Shown piece by piece: positions 25,322 to 38,510 of a stretch of 64,000 bases of DNA. A program made the translations under genes and the position numbers. The first letter of the stretch is position 1. Each line of letters starts with the position of its first letter. The notes below the pieces were generated by a model. That model searched no databases. It saw nothing but the letters and a program-made list of their open reading frames with translations, and was not told the origin of the DNA. Location of the stretch: the NCBI RefSeq assembly GCF_004010195.1, contig NC_057719.1:54621971-54685970 (forward strand), in the 5' to 3' direction. Source of the stretch: Chiloscyllium plagiosum. Its lineage: Eukaryota.

Positions 25322-25475
25322 AAAAAAATCATCAGACACCGGGTTACAGTCCAAAAAGTTTATTTGAAAACACAAGCTTTCAGAGCCTCACTCCTCCTTC
25401 AGGTTCAGGAATGGACTATTACCCAGTTTTGTGTGATTTTTGACTTTGTCCTCCCGGTCCAAGACTGGCAACAAC
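25322..25475. mobile_element. Palindromic PLE mini-element (second family), decayed
   Basis: Similar to both ends of 22576-24172 with no interior. Confidence 0.7.
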
Positions 25476-25573
25476 AGAAATACAGCATTTCTCAACTGAG
25501 AAATACATTCACTAGTTCAGAAATTGATTTTCTCAAGTATAGATGGAAGCTGTCCAAGAGTTATTTAAAAATA

Positions 25574-25832
25574 TGCAAATGCTACATGGAAGATGCCATT
25601 TTTGATTGCCTGGATGAACCTTGCAAAACACTTGCTTACTTCAAAAGTTTTGTTTGGTTCATGCTCTGGAATATCTCAAGTATAGATGGAAGTTTTTAAA
25701 CGTCTCTTGACAGCTTCCATCTATACTTAAGATGTTCCAGAGCATGAACCAAGCGGAAATTTTCAAGTAAGCAAGTGTTCTGCAAGGTTCAACCAGGCAA
25801 TCAAAAATGGCATCTTCCATGTGGCATTTGCA
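25574..25832. repeat. Long inverted repeat, 119-bp arms, 21-bp spacer
   Basis: 25574-25692 versus reverse complement of 25714-25832: ungapped, 10 mismatches by manual count. Confidence 0.97.
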
Positions 25833-26164
25833 ACAATTACACAGATCTATGTACTGCTCACTTAACAATTATAATTCTCTGGCTGTTCAGGTTGGAGGTT
25901 TAAATAATGGAGGAGTGTGGAAACATTGTCTACTCCCAGTATTCCCAATTATGTCTAGCAAGGAAGATCTGGGTGCATGGCAAAAATGATTAACAATTGT
26001 TTTGGTGGAAAATGACAACTCTGGGAGTATTATTATATCAATGTAGGTAAACGTCCACCTTGATACTCCCTAACATACGTGCTTTTTGAAAGAAATTCAA
26101 AGTCATAGAGGGAATCAGTCTAATTGAGTTGCTACAAAACTCAAATCAAGTAGCTTATCCTGGT

Positions 26165-26365
26165 CAACTTGTTCATTTGGCTGTTTTGAGATACAAAATG
26201 CTGCCAACAGCATAGGTTCAATTCCCACACTGACTGAAGATATGACAAAGGACTCTTGTTTTCAATCTCTCCCCTTGTGTGACGACCCTCAGGTTAAATC
26301 ATCACTACTCATTTCTCTGTGATGAGAGAGAAGATCTATAGCTTGGTAGGACTATAGCGACTACA
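26165..26365 (+). mobile_element. tRNA-derived SINE (family C)
   Basis: B-box ggttcaattcc; body gaccctcaggttaaatcatcac similar to 61285-61490. Confidence 0.6.
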
Positions 26366-26465
26366 GGACATATCTAACAGATGAACAAGGCATCTGAAAG
26401 GAGATCATTATCTCCTCAGGAATTGCTATTTTAATGTTGAGAGTGACAGCGCCCCAGAAAATATT

Positions 26466-26791
26466 AAATAAAAACTGAAAGAACTGTGGATGCTGTAAAT
26501 CAGAAACAAAAACAGAAACTTCTGAAAAAGCTCATGAGGTCTGGCACCATCTGTGGAGAGAAATCAGAGTCAACGTTTGGATTCAGTGACCCTTCCTCAG
26601 AAGCAATACATTTCTAATGCAGAATGGTGAGATCCTTGGAGGGGGATGTGTGGTGGTTTTAACATTTTGGGTCCAGTGGCCCTTCTTCAAAAGGGTTCTG
26701 AGGAAGGGTCACTGCACCCAAAACATTAACTTTCATTTCTCTCCACAGATGGTGCCAGACCTCTTGAGCTTTTCCAGCAATTTGTGGTTTT
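26466..26791. mobile_element. Palindromic PLE mini-element
   Basis: Inverted arms with decayed hammerhead cores on both strands; perfect 15-bp TSD gccccagaaaatatt at 26451-26465 and 26792-26806. Confidence 0.9.
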
Positions 26792-28884
26792 GCCCCAGAA
26801 AATATTGTTGATTTTTATTTCAATGACTGATAACGCTGAATAGGTTAACAAGAAATCATAGTTCTGTAGAATATTGTGTTCTCTTCACCAATGTATGTGC
26901 TTTCTGATGCTTAAATACATGTCAAAGATAAAATAATTGATATGTTAAGAACAAGTGATCTATTACTAGATTGAAGGTACTCACTATTTTGAACTATTAA
27001 TGTAAGCAAGCACATTTAAACAAGTTGACCGGAAATGGCACTGACCTTTCAAATTACATGTAGCTGTATAAAAGTGCAATACAGGTTCTATTTGGTGATG
27101 TACTTGAACATTTGTAAATTTGAGTGAAGTTTCTTGCCAGGAGGTTACAAACCTCTTAACCTATACATTAGCAGACAGAGGAGTGCCAAGCAATATAAAC
27201 AGGAAATTACAACTTTCTAATGAAAAGCTAAGTTATGCAAAAAATGTTATGCAAAATCTTTAACATGTCATTCTTTCGAGTGAATCTTTCCCAATGCATG
27301 ATAACAATCATTCACACGAAAGATCATCTGACAGTGAGGAAAGCTGTAAAACCACTTTTCTTTTCAAATTTACTATTTTGCCTTTAAACATGATAAATTT
27401 TTATCAACTTGTTACGACAAGGTTTACAGATCAGAGAAAGGGCATTTTCTCTACTTTTGACCTGTCATGCTTAAGCATTCCCAGATCAGCCACAGCTTAG
27501 GGTGCATGCACACTATTTCCCTTATTTAGGAACAACATAACTAAGCATATATAAAATGGAAAACCTGGGTTAGACTACTTTTTCAAATCTGCTTCAGAAG
27601 TGGCACACCCAGCTTCCAAAGCGTTTATTCCATTGGTGTTGTATTTTGTCCTGATTTTGTTTTAAAAAGTGAAGTAATTGAATGAGTTTGGTTGATGGTT
27701 AATTATTGAGCAAGAACTTATTGACAATGGTGATTCAGTCCCCAGGGCGATTGTGGTAACTATCAGTGCTAGGAAATATTATGCTTGCAGGAATCAGTAA
27801 AAGGCTGAAATTGACTCTGGCCCTTTTAAAGTATTGTGAATAATAAAATGAACACCTGCAGAATACATCTGGTACAGAATCTGAATGACTCAGGAAACTT
27901 GAGATATTGAGGGGATAGTGAATGTGGAAATTAAGATCACAAAACATAGATCTCAAAACAATGCTGCAGATACTGAAGGTGTATGTACAAAAAATGTATG
28001 AAATGGTTCTTTGCACTGATAGGCTTGGTTCACTATTGGTGACTATTTTGTGAAGCTTTGCTGCTGTGTATTGTTAAACTGTTAGAAACATGATTGATAC
28101 AGAGCAGACTGCCACTATACGTCCTTTCAGAAAATACTTCGAGTGAATTTGACGTAAAGATTTGTAAATACCTTCCTTCATGAATCTCATGAATTGTGAC
28201 TACCTTGATATCTGTGTATTCTCACAGTCCTGTCACTGCTGGATCGTTGACAGCTTCCTTGATAAAAGATTTCGGGAAGCCAAGATAGGTCTGTCTACTG
28301 GGACTACAGTGTGATTCTGCCAATGCATGGAACTACTGATCCATTATGCATTGTGAGACGGTCTTTTGTAGGATGAATCATGCATAGTGGTGGTTTGTGG
28401 ATATTAGGTCCTGTGTCGATTTTACCTTTCAGTGTGCCTCATCCTGCTCTTTTAGGAAGTATGATATTAATGAATACAAAAACTTCTGACCACCTTATAC
28501 CAGTGACATAAGACCACAGAGATAGAGGGGGAGACCATGATGGAAGGGGTTTACAGGAATGATGGGTGAACAGGACTTGGTACAAGGATAGACATGGGCA
28601 ACAGAGTTTTTGATGTCACTTTAACCGAGGATAGAAAGTAGGAGGCTGGCCAGACAATTAGAATAGTTCAGTCTAGAAGCAACTAAGGCTCAGATCAGGA
28701 TTTCTGAAGTAGATCAGTTGAGGAAAGTGCTAGATTGGGCAATGTTATTCAGCTGGAAATATGCAGTCATAATAAAGATGCATATGCATGGTCAAGATGA
28801 TGACATGTCTGATTAATATTATGGAAAGTCTGGTCACCTTCTGAAATTTATATTTCACTGATGTGCTTATACTTCTGCATTTTC

Positions 28885-29360
28885 TTAACAGCACAAGCTG
28901 GAAGGATAGCAACTCATTTTCCACTTGGGGACCCAACAAGCTTTCAGGATTCAATATTGAGTTCAATAATTTTGGGCCCTGAACACCTCCTTCCATGTCC
29001 TTTACCCACTCCCACACTCCAGTCCTGTCATGACATGGGCTGCTTTCAGCACAGCCAATCCATTTTCAGCTACTCAAGCTCCCCATTATCAGCCCTCCTC
29101 GTTCCAAAGTTTGCTATCCTTTCTCTCTCTGGGATCCATTTTCACCTATCCACTCACTCATGATCCACCTTCATCCTCTCCCCAACCCCACCCACCAACA
29201 GCACCACCAACTACCCCTACCACCAGTATATATACTACCTTCTATTAGCTACTGTCAGTTCTGAAGAAGGGTCACCGGGCTTTAAATATTAACTCCAACT
29301 TCTCTCCACAGATGTTGCCACAACTGCTGATTTTATCCACAAATTTCTGTTTTTGTTCCT
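28885..29360 (+). mobile_element. PLE 3' fragment
   Basis: End-of-ORF block (aagctggaagga...ctcattttccacttggggac) followed by terminal repeat ctgaagaagggtcacc. Confidence 0.75.
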
Positions 29361-29454
29361 TGTTAATACTTTCTATATTGACAGTGCTGCACTATCTTGT
29401 TGATAAATTGTCATTTCTGTTTTTGGTCTGGCTTGACATTTTGAACTATTTCCT

Positions 29455-30110
29455 GCAGATGAGGCCCCACTAACCATTGGTGTTACATGTTTTTAAGATC
29501 TCAAGAAAAGCTATACAGCTTTTAGATTGGTGCAGAAACCCACCTCAGTTACAGGGATTCTTGGTTTTCTGCATTTTCATGACTGGAGCAATAGTGTTGA
29601 ATGTACCTAAAGCAGGTCATTGTTGTTGGACTACATTATGGCTTCATTTTTGTGATAATCTTTAAGCAATGCACCAACTGTATGGTCCTTTATCTTGCCC
29701 AACAGAACCTTCCAAAAGGCTTCAATTTGTGTAGAGAAGATGACAAACACAATGATCCTCTCCAACAGTTCCTCTTCAGAAAGGTCATACTTGAGTTCTT
29801 TACACTAGTGTCTTCTGACAAGTTGTCAATAGACTCTTGGTGTTGCTGTCTGAGAATATGATTGGAAACCTGTTATTTTTAATTTAATTCTCACCTTGAT
29901 CTGGCCTTTGAGAAGTTTTCAAATCTTTTCTAGAACTTCTGATCCCCAATGGAAAGACCAGATGTGCTAATTCAGCAAAGCCCTTCCTTGCTGATGGAAA
30001 GTAAGATTTTCAGGATGAATGTCCACTTGACTGCAAATAAAACTGTACACATTGTTTGAACAGTTTTACTTCAGCAAGAGTGTCACTGGATGTTGCCCAA
30101 ATCATAATTA
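29455..30110 (-). mobile_element. Decayed Ty3/Gypsy gag fragment
   Basis: Minus translation RQQHQESIDNL, YDLSEEELLERIIVFVIFSTQIEAF and degenerate zinc knuckles (PCN*GGFLHQSKSCIAF...TCNTNG*WGLICR). Confidence 0.65.
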
Positions 30111-30994
30111 GATTTCTGCTTTTCATGACTTCATCTTAAAAATGTGCCACTGTAAGTTGTGTGCCACTGACTCCTGTCAGTATGGATAAATAAAACCTGC
30201 TCCTTCTTTAAGAACACAGACTTTTGCAATTGCTGTTGTGATAACTGTTCATTATGTATCTACTGCCAGGAACAAAGTGTTCCTCCACCTTTCTGTACTA
30301 CACTTGTGGCTTTATGTGGCAGGTTAAAAATGCACTTCAGTCTCTTTTTATTTTCCCTTTCTTTGAACCAAGGTAGGCTCAGAAATGTCTTCTGGCTTGA
30401 AAGAACTCCTATTCTAATCAAAAACAAGTTACTTCTGTAATGTTGTGGTTAATGGTCTATCTACATATCTGTAAACTGTCTGTACTTTCAGAAACTGTTG
30501 TCATTTAAGGGTGAAGATTTACTTCATCTGAATTCTCTGTTATTCAAAGCTGTTGAACTGTTGGCTTTTAATTGGTGTTCCAAATACCTGCCAGCAAGCT
30601 ATTGCAGTCTTTTCCAGTCAGCCACTGTGATTGCACTGCCTGTGTTTGCCTCCAACAAGGTATTTCATCTGATGTGGCAATTCTTATGCTATCTTCTGTA
30701 AAAGTAACTGGGCCTAATATTGAAGAATCCAGCAGACATTTATTGCAATGAGCTGTTATACACAATCACTACATTTCTCAAGCACATGTATGTCTCGACT
30801 AATCTTAAGTTATTAGTTTTCAGCAGGACAACATTTAACCAGTGGAGTGTCATTCTTTGAGTGATGTGAGGTAAGACAAACTATGGGATCTTCATACCCT
30901 CAGGTCACCCACATTCATGCAGTGATGATAGAATGAATATGTCTCTTAAAACGTACTCTTATACTGACTCTGAAGCATCACAGAATAGGATGTG

Positions 30995-31960
30995 TATGTC
31001 ACCAGCAAGGCTAATATTTGTAGTTCATCCCTATCTGTTCTTGAAAAAGTGATGGTGAGCAACCTTCCTGAAACACCACTGTTCATGTTGTGTTAGGAGG
31101 GAGGAGTTTCAGCATTTTAATGAAACCACAACAAAGCAATGGGAATATAGTTCCAAGTCAGGATAGAATTTGGTTTAAAGGTGCTTGGTTACCCTTTCTC
31201 TTGTCCTTCTATGTGGTAGAGCTTGTTGGTTTGGAATGTTCTGTTGAAGGTGCAGTGGCAAGCTGATGAAGTGTAAGTGCAGTGATGCTGGAGGAAACGT
31301 ATATTTGCATTGGTAAAATCGAGACGTAGTTTAGGAGTTAATAGTCCAAGACAGTCTTATGTTTCATGAACAATTGTTGAAGATGTACTCATCCAAGCAA
31401 TTCTGTCACAGTGCTGACTTGTGCCTTGCAAGTGGCGAACAGAATTTGGGGATCAGAAAGAGAGTCATTTGTTGCAAAATATTTTTCCGCTTAAATGCTC
31501 TTGTTAGTTGGTCACAGTCTTTATGTGGCTGGTTTAATTAAGATGTTTCTGAATGGTAATCCTCAGGGAACTGATTCTGGAAATTCAGCACTGTGGTATC
31601 AATCTTCACAGAGTGCTTGTTAGATTTCTCTCATTGGAGATAGTTATTGTTTGGCACTTTTGTAACCCAAATTGTGTTTACTATTTATCAGTCAAAGTCT
31701 GGAAATGTTTTCTGGTCTTGCTGCAAGCCAGAATGAACAATATCATTATCTGAAAAGTTACGAATAGTAATGAACACTGCACTATTCAAGTATATCTCAC
31801 ATTCCAATGCTGACCCTATAATGGAAAGCAGTTTAATGATGAAGGAGCTGAAAATGGTAAGATCACCCGAGGACACCACGCTGAAAATTTCTACAATTAT
31901 TCCCTACAACTGAGATAAGCAACCACCTCTCAGTGCTTATTATGATGGCAACAAATGGAG
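30995..31960 (-). mobile_element. Decayed LINE of the family sharing its tail with SINE family B
   Basis: Reverse-complement similarity to 40970-42165 and similarity to 59015-59935. Confidence 0.7.
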
Positions 31961-32009
31961 AGGTTTTTGAGTTAACATTTGCTGTCTAGTCACATTTCTT
32001 CAGAGTTAG

Positions 32010-32430
32010 AAACAGCGAACAGATGGTATTTATGCTGACAATAGGGGATGAGGAGGGGGAAGCGGTGAAAGGGGGGAGAAGGTGTGAGTGATTAGGTGGA
32101 GACAGAGCCCAGACAAATAGAGAAAAATAAGGTAGTCAGACAAAGGGTTTGTTGATAATAAGCTAGCAAAGAAAAAACCTAGACAGGTGACAATAAGCAC
32201 TATGAGTAGTTGAAAATGGTTTGGCTGTGCTGAAAACAACCCATTTCATGACAGGAGTTGAGGTTAAAGGACTAGGTAATAGACAAGGACGGAGGTGTTC
32301 ATGCTCTAAATATGTTGAACTCGATTTTGAGTCCTGAAGGTTGTGAGGTCCCTAAGTGAAAGATTAAGTCTTGTTCTTCTAGTTTGTATTGAGCTTCGCT
32401 GGAGCAGTGTAGTAGGCCTGAGACTGTCCT
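32010..32430 (-). mobile_element. PLE 3' fragment
   Basis: Minus ORF ends EAQYKLEEQDLIFHLGTSQPSGLKIEF, a PLE ORF C-terminal motif. Confidence 0.8.
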
Positions 32431-33579
32431 TTGTTTTATTTGAGAGATTTTGATGTTTCTTGATAGCACACCAACATTGCAGTCACCCATATTTGCAGAG
32501 CAGAGCACTTCGTCATATCATCAGGATATTTTAAAGTGCTCCATAATCTAATAGGTTGCTTTTGAAAGTGAGATTTCTATTATCTCGTAAAATATGGACT
32601 CCAGTTTGTACCAAATAATGTCTTGCAATACCAAATGAAATGGATGTCCCATTAGCCTAGTTTGGTGACACAGGTTGAGGGTAGAGAACACTCCAAAACT
32701 TTCTTCACGTAGCCCGCAACATTCAGCTGAATAAATAGAAAATGTTTTCGTCTAGTATCGTATCTAAAAGACAATAATTCTTAGAACCCATATCTTTTTC
32801 ACACAGATGTGATAGCAGTATCCAACTAGGTTAAGTTAATATGAAACTTTTTTTTTGTATGCGCTGTATCAAACTTTAGCTGAAAGGCAAAAAAACAATC
32901 TTGGCAGTAAATAATTTTCACACCTGGTTGTCAGTGATGTGGCTTCCCCTTAGAAACCTAAGGGCCTTCATCTTATTCAGGCCTACTTAACAAAACATAT
33001 GTCATAATGAGATATGGAGGTAACTTCATAGTTCTCTATTTGCTTAGCTAGTTTTTAACTTTTTATTTTGCATTCAGTAACTTTCAAGAAACTCCTGATA
33101 TTCCGGTAACTCACATGTGCTTTGATTAGTAACTAGTTTCATTTCTTTGTTATATTTAAAGCAGAGGATGCTTAGCAGAATAATACTGGAGGGAATGTGG
33201 ATATTTATCTGTGAATCGACCAAGATCAAAGCAGAAATAGATGAAGAAATAAAATATTTAGATCTGTTGTAATATACGGCCCATTTATTTACCATCATTT
33301 TTAAAACCAGTTGCATATGCAAGTGTCAAGTAAATTTTTGTAAATAAATATGTTGACAGTTTATGTGCAAAATTTTTAATTTGTTGTCATTCGTATTGTT
33401 TCTGCTTCGCCTCTCAGCATAAAATGTGTCAATGACAGGAAGGGAGGTTTTTTTTAATTTTGACACTCCAGTGAAAAAAAATCAAAGTCATAGCAAGTTG
33501 TAGCCCAATACAAAACAGAGAAAAAAGTGAACTTTATTTCCAATCTCTCCTGAAAGTTGATCAAGATAAGTATACATAT

Positions 33580-35130
33580 GAACATAAGAACATAAGAAAC
33601 AAGAAGACTCTGCCATATAACCCATCACGGCTGCTTCAACATTCAATCTGATCACATTGATCTCTGAATCCTGCTCCACATTTTTTTTTGCCAGAGCTCC
33701 ATTACCCTGAATTCTACTCCAGCCAAAACATCTGCCTGAAGTAAATGATTCAGTATTGAAAACCCTAAGCACAAAATCTTTCTAACAATTACAACCTGAA
33801 TTATTACAATCCAGGAAAGAATAAGTGTTTAACAGCAGGAGCTTTATGAAAGGAGGTGTTCACTGAACAGTCAGCAAAGTTCCCATCCAAAATAGTCAAT
33901 GATATCATCACCATGTCATGTGGTCAGACTCTTAAAGTGTTAGTCCACCTAACTTACACAAATACACAACACCCATCTCAGTCTTAAATAGCCAAATCTT
34001 TTATTCTGAGCCTGTGCAGGAATCATTCTCATTAACCTATGCTGCAATACCTTGAAGGCAAATATATCTTTCCAGAGACTAAAATTGAGCACAATATATG
34101 GACTATGATCTCATCAAAGCCCTGAAAAATTGAAGTTAGGCATTTATGATCTCATAGTCAAATCCCCCTACAATGATTGTTGGCATGCTATTGGTCTGAA
34201 TCGCTTTCTGTGTCTGCATATTAACTCTGACTATGCAAGGTCACTCAATTTCATCTCATGTTTAAAAACTTCTCACATTTTAGAAGTAATCAGCCCTTAC
34301 TTTTTTCCCAGCCAATGTCAACAACCCCACATCATTCCCCTCAAGTCATTCTCTATCTATCTCTTTTTTGCCCGTTACATGGTTAATCTGTCTCTATCAC
34401 TTTGCAATGTCTTCCCTCAGATGGAATCAGAGGCTGGGGAGGATGGGAATGCGATAAACAAACTTGTGAGGAAGATTGCAGCCTTTGTAAGGGGATTTTG
34501 GGGAGATTCGAAGATCAGATGGAATGAAACAATCTTGGAAACTTTGCGAATGCGTGAAACTAGATTGCATAGCTAAGTGGATCCAGCAGTCCTAATCTTC
34601 ATTTAGGTTCTGTGTTTTTTTTCCTGAGAACCAGAGAACTCGGCCAGAATCAACTTTGGAATCCTGAATCAATATGACATTGTCAGCTTGTTCTACCTGG
34701 TTTCGTGAGAGTGAGTTCACTGCTTGACCTTTTTGTCTCAACTCTATTAAACCCCAAGTGGTTAGCTTGATGTGGAGGTTCAGATTTATCAAACTTTAAG
34801 TTCTTGTTCAACCCAGCATGTCTGTTTTTGGGGATGGTTGAAATTCTGTCATTGGTGTCATTCCCACAGCATACTTTCCCACATGGCTTTACTTGGTTAG
34901 CAAACTTGAATGAATTACATGTTTCCCTTTCAACTCAGCCATTATGACATATGTAAATAGTTCATGCTACAGAATTTGTTCTTGGAGCACTCCACTACTA
35001 ATAGCCTGTGACTCTGAAAAAAGTGTTATTCCTACTTTGTATTTTCTGTCCTTTAACCAATCCTCAACTGTGCTAAATATAATACCCTCAACACATGTCC
35101 CGAAATTTTGTGTAATAACGTTTCATTTTG
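33580..35130 (-). mobile_element. Scattered old CR1 fragments
   Basis: (aacataag)n tail at ~33580 and degenerate CR1 blocks at 33975-34400 and 34900-35130. Confidence 0.5.
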
Positions 35131-35159
35131 CAAAGATTTATAAAGGTTGGTTGCTAAGA

Positions 35160-35895
35160 GAGGTGATAGAATGGCTAATGTCACTGAACTGGTAATCCAG
35201 TAAACAAAATAAATGTTCTGGAGACATGGATTCACATCCTACCATACGGTTTGTGAAATTTAAGTTTGCTTACTAAGTTCAAAGCTCGTCTCAATAATGT
35301 AGACCATGAAACCATCATTAAATATTCATTTTTCATAGAATCCCTCCAGTGTGGAAACAGGCCACAAATTCACACTGACAGCATCCCACCCAGATTCACC
35401 CACCAATCCTATCCCTGGAACCTTTCCTTTCCCATGGCTAATCTATCAAACCTACACATCCCTGGACACAATGGGCAATTTAGCATGGCCAGTTCACCTA
35501 ACCTGCACATCTTTGGACTGTGGGTGGACACCAGAGTACCCAGAAGAAACCCGGTCTGACACAGGGAGAATGTACAAATTCTACTCAGCCCTGGCAATGT
35601 GAGGCAGCAGTATTACCCACTGAGCCTCTGTGCAGCCCTTTTGTTTTAAAATCCAGCTCCTTTCAGTTCTGAGGAAGAGTCTTTTCATAGAATTCCATTT
35701 CATTTATGTCCTTTAGGGAAGGAAATACACTGTCCTTAGCCAGTCTGGCCTACATGTGACTCTAGATCCAGAACATTATTTTTGACTACTATATGCCCAC
35801 TGAAACAGCTTGGTGAGTCACTCAGTTCAAGGGCAATTAGAGATGGGTAACAAATGTTGGTCTTGCCAATGCCACTCACATCCCACAAAAGGACA
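35160..35895 (+). mobile_element. Family-B SINE containing an antisense HE1 SINE
   Basis: Similarity to 15893-16240 on both sides of the insertion. Confidence 0.7.
35335..35640 (-). mobile_element. HE1-type SINE
   Basis: Reverse complement of HE1 V-domain and tail. Confidence 0.85.
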
Positions 35896-36189
35896 AAAAG
35901 AAAATACTTAATTAGATTGACATGGATGAATCATTTATTCAGTTTATTTTCTATCTCAGTGAACTGCATTTTCCATTGTAAGTGCAGAATAAATGCATCC
36001 ATCTCTCATTTGATTCATCCATGTCAGTTTTTCTAGTTGAGACAAAGCTGTTGGATTAAGTAATGCGGAATCACAGATAGGTTTGTACTGTAGATATGTA
36101 CCCACAGGAGCTGAAATGAAATTGGACAGAGTCATTTTAATTTATAGACCTCTTAACACAACGAGATGATTTGAGTTAAATTCAAGGAC

Positions 36190-37365
36190 ATCTATGTCAG
36201 ACTCCAGCTCATTGACGTCTGCCATTATTCCCTCCAGACTGATGTCAAAACTCCATGACCTTGGTCTCAACTCCACCCTCTGCAACTGGATCCTCAGCTT
36301 CCTGACCCATAGACCACAATCAGTGAAACTAGACAATTGCACCTCCTCCATGATAATTCTCAACACTGGAGCCCCCCAGGGATGTGTTCTCAGCCCCCTA
36401 CTGACTCCCTGTACACCCACAATTGTGTAACTAAATTCCGAACGAATGCTATCTACAAGTTTGCTGACGACACCATCCATAATAGAATGGACATCAACCA
36501 ATGACAAGTCAAAATACAGAAGGGAGATAGAGGGCTTGGTGATGTGGTGCAATGAAAACAACCTCCCTCTCAATGTTGGCAAAATGAAAGAACTGCTCAT
36601 TGACCTCAGAAAGAAAAGTGGAGAATACACCCTCATTTACAACAATGGAACTGACATTAAGAGGATTGAGAGCGTCAAGTTTCTCAGAGTGATGATAACT
36701 GACAACCTGTCCTAGACTTCCTATATAACTTTGATGGTCAAGAAGGTGCAACAATGTCTCTTCTTCTTCAGGCAGCTTAGGAAATTTGCCATGTTAATAA
36801 GGACTCTCTACAGATGCACCATAGAAAGTATACTGTCCAGGTACATAAGGGCTTGATATGGCAACTGCTCTACCCAGGACTGTTAGAAACTACAAAAGGT
36901 TTTGTGCACAGCCCAGACTATCACAGAAGCCAACCTTCTATCCATGAACTCCATTTTCTGTGGCTCACTGTTGCAGGAAGGCTGCCAACATCATCAAAGA
37001 TCCATCACACCCCAGTAATGCTCTTCTACAACCTCTATTGGTCGTAGATACAAAAGCCTGAACACGTGCAGCAGCATATTCAGGAACAGCTTCTTAGTGG
37101 CAGTTATTAGACTGATGAATGGACCCTCTAGCCTCAAATGATGCTGATCTTGCCTCATTCACTCCCTGTGCAATGTAACCTGTATGCCTCTGTTTAAGTG
37201 TTTTTGGTCTGTACCTCGTTACTTAGAACATAAAAAAGTACAGCACAGAACAGGCCCTTCAGCCCACAATGTTGTGCTTATTATGATCTGCCTGTACTGC
37301 TCATAAACAAAGCTTTTCACTGTACTTCGGCACAAGTGACAATAAATAAATAAACCAATCAATCA
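36190..37365 (+). mobile_element. Rex1/Babar-like LINE, 5'-truncated
   Basis: [53 protein letters not shown]; (aata)n/(caat)n tail. Confidence 0.85.
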
Positions 37366-37475
37366 ATTAATGAAAATACAAATATGAAAGATACTCTATT
37401 AAGCCACGACAGCATTCAGTCTTTGCAAAAGTGTTAATTATTATGTGTAACGTATTCAGTTGAACCTTACCAATT

Positions 37476-37840
37476 AGAGTCATAGGGTTATACAACATGA
37501 AAACAGACACTTTGGTCTAACTCTGAACTGACAAGATATCCTAAATTAATCTAGTCCTATTTGCCAGCATTTGACCCATCTCCCTTTAAACCCTTCCTCT
37601 TCATAGCTCCATCCAGATGCTTTTTAAATGTTGAAATTGTACTAGCCTCCACCATCTCTTCTGGTAATTCATTCCAAACATGCACTATTTTCAGTGTGAA
37701 AAAGTTCCCTCTCAGGTACCCTTTAAGTCTTTCTCCTCTCACCTTAACTTATGCCCTCTAATTTTGGATTCCTCTACCCTGGGAAAATGGCCTTGGTTAT
37801 TTAGCCTATCCACACTCTTCATGATGTTATAAATCTCCAT
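37476..37840 (-). mobile_element. CR1 3' fragment
   Basis: ORF 37557-37742 LRGNFFT..VHVWNELP. Confidence 0.9.
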
Positions 37841-38510
37841 ATTGTAGCATCACTCTCATTGCCATCCTCCACCTTTTCCTTTCAGAACTTTAGGTTGTAG
37901 AAATAAATTAAGTTGATCATTATATTATCATGAAATAATAAACACAGATATCCTGCTGTTAACAACAGCAGGTTGAAGTTATGAAGGATAGAACAGCAAT
38001 GTGATGACTCATATTGATTTCATGGCAATTCATTACAGAATTGAAGTTTCATTTATTTCATGAAGATTTATATCACTGTTGTTAATGCCTTATTCTCCAC
38101 AAATTTTAAACATAGTTGACCAAACTTGAATAAATACTACTGCCACTCAAGTTATCTAAATTGTAGCACCACTCCTTGTCTGAAGCATTATATAAATGTG
38201 ATTTATATGGATTAGCACTCTATTTTTATACTGGAGTACAACAAACTATGCTAGTGGAAAGTTAAGTACTTTTTAAAAAAAGAAATGATGCTAAACCTTA
38301 CACTTGACTGGACATAATGAGTTAAATCAGGGTTAAACTTCCATTCCTAGCTAGTGGGTCAATCTACACTTTTTTCAATAATGCAACAATGGTCACGCTA
38401 AGTTAACAATCCATATTGCATTTCTTCTAACAAATTTAAAGGAAATAAAAATCAAGAGATCTATGAAACACGCTGATGTCCGAGTGACTGTCTTTGACAT
38501 CAAGGCACAT

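Noticed and set aside
25364..25868. Two near-identical peptides on opposite strands (CKC.MEDAIFDCL.EPC)
   Set aside because: A by-product of the DNA inverted repeat; no splice or homology support for coding
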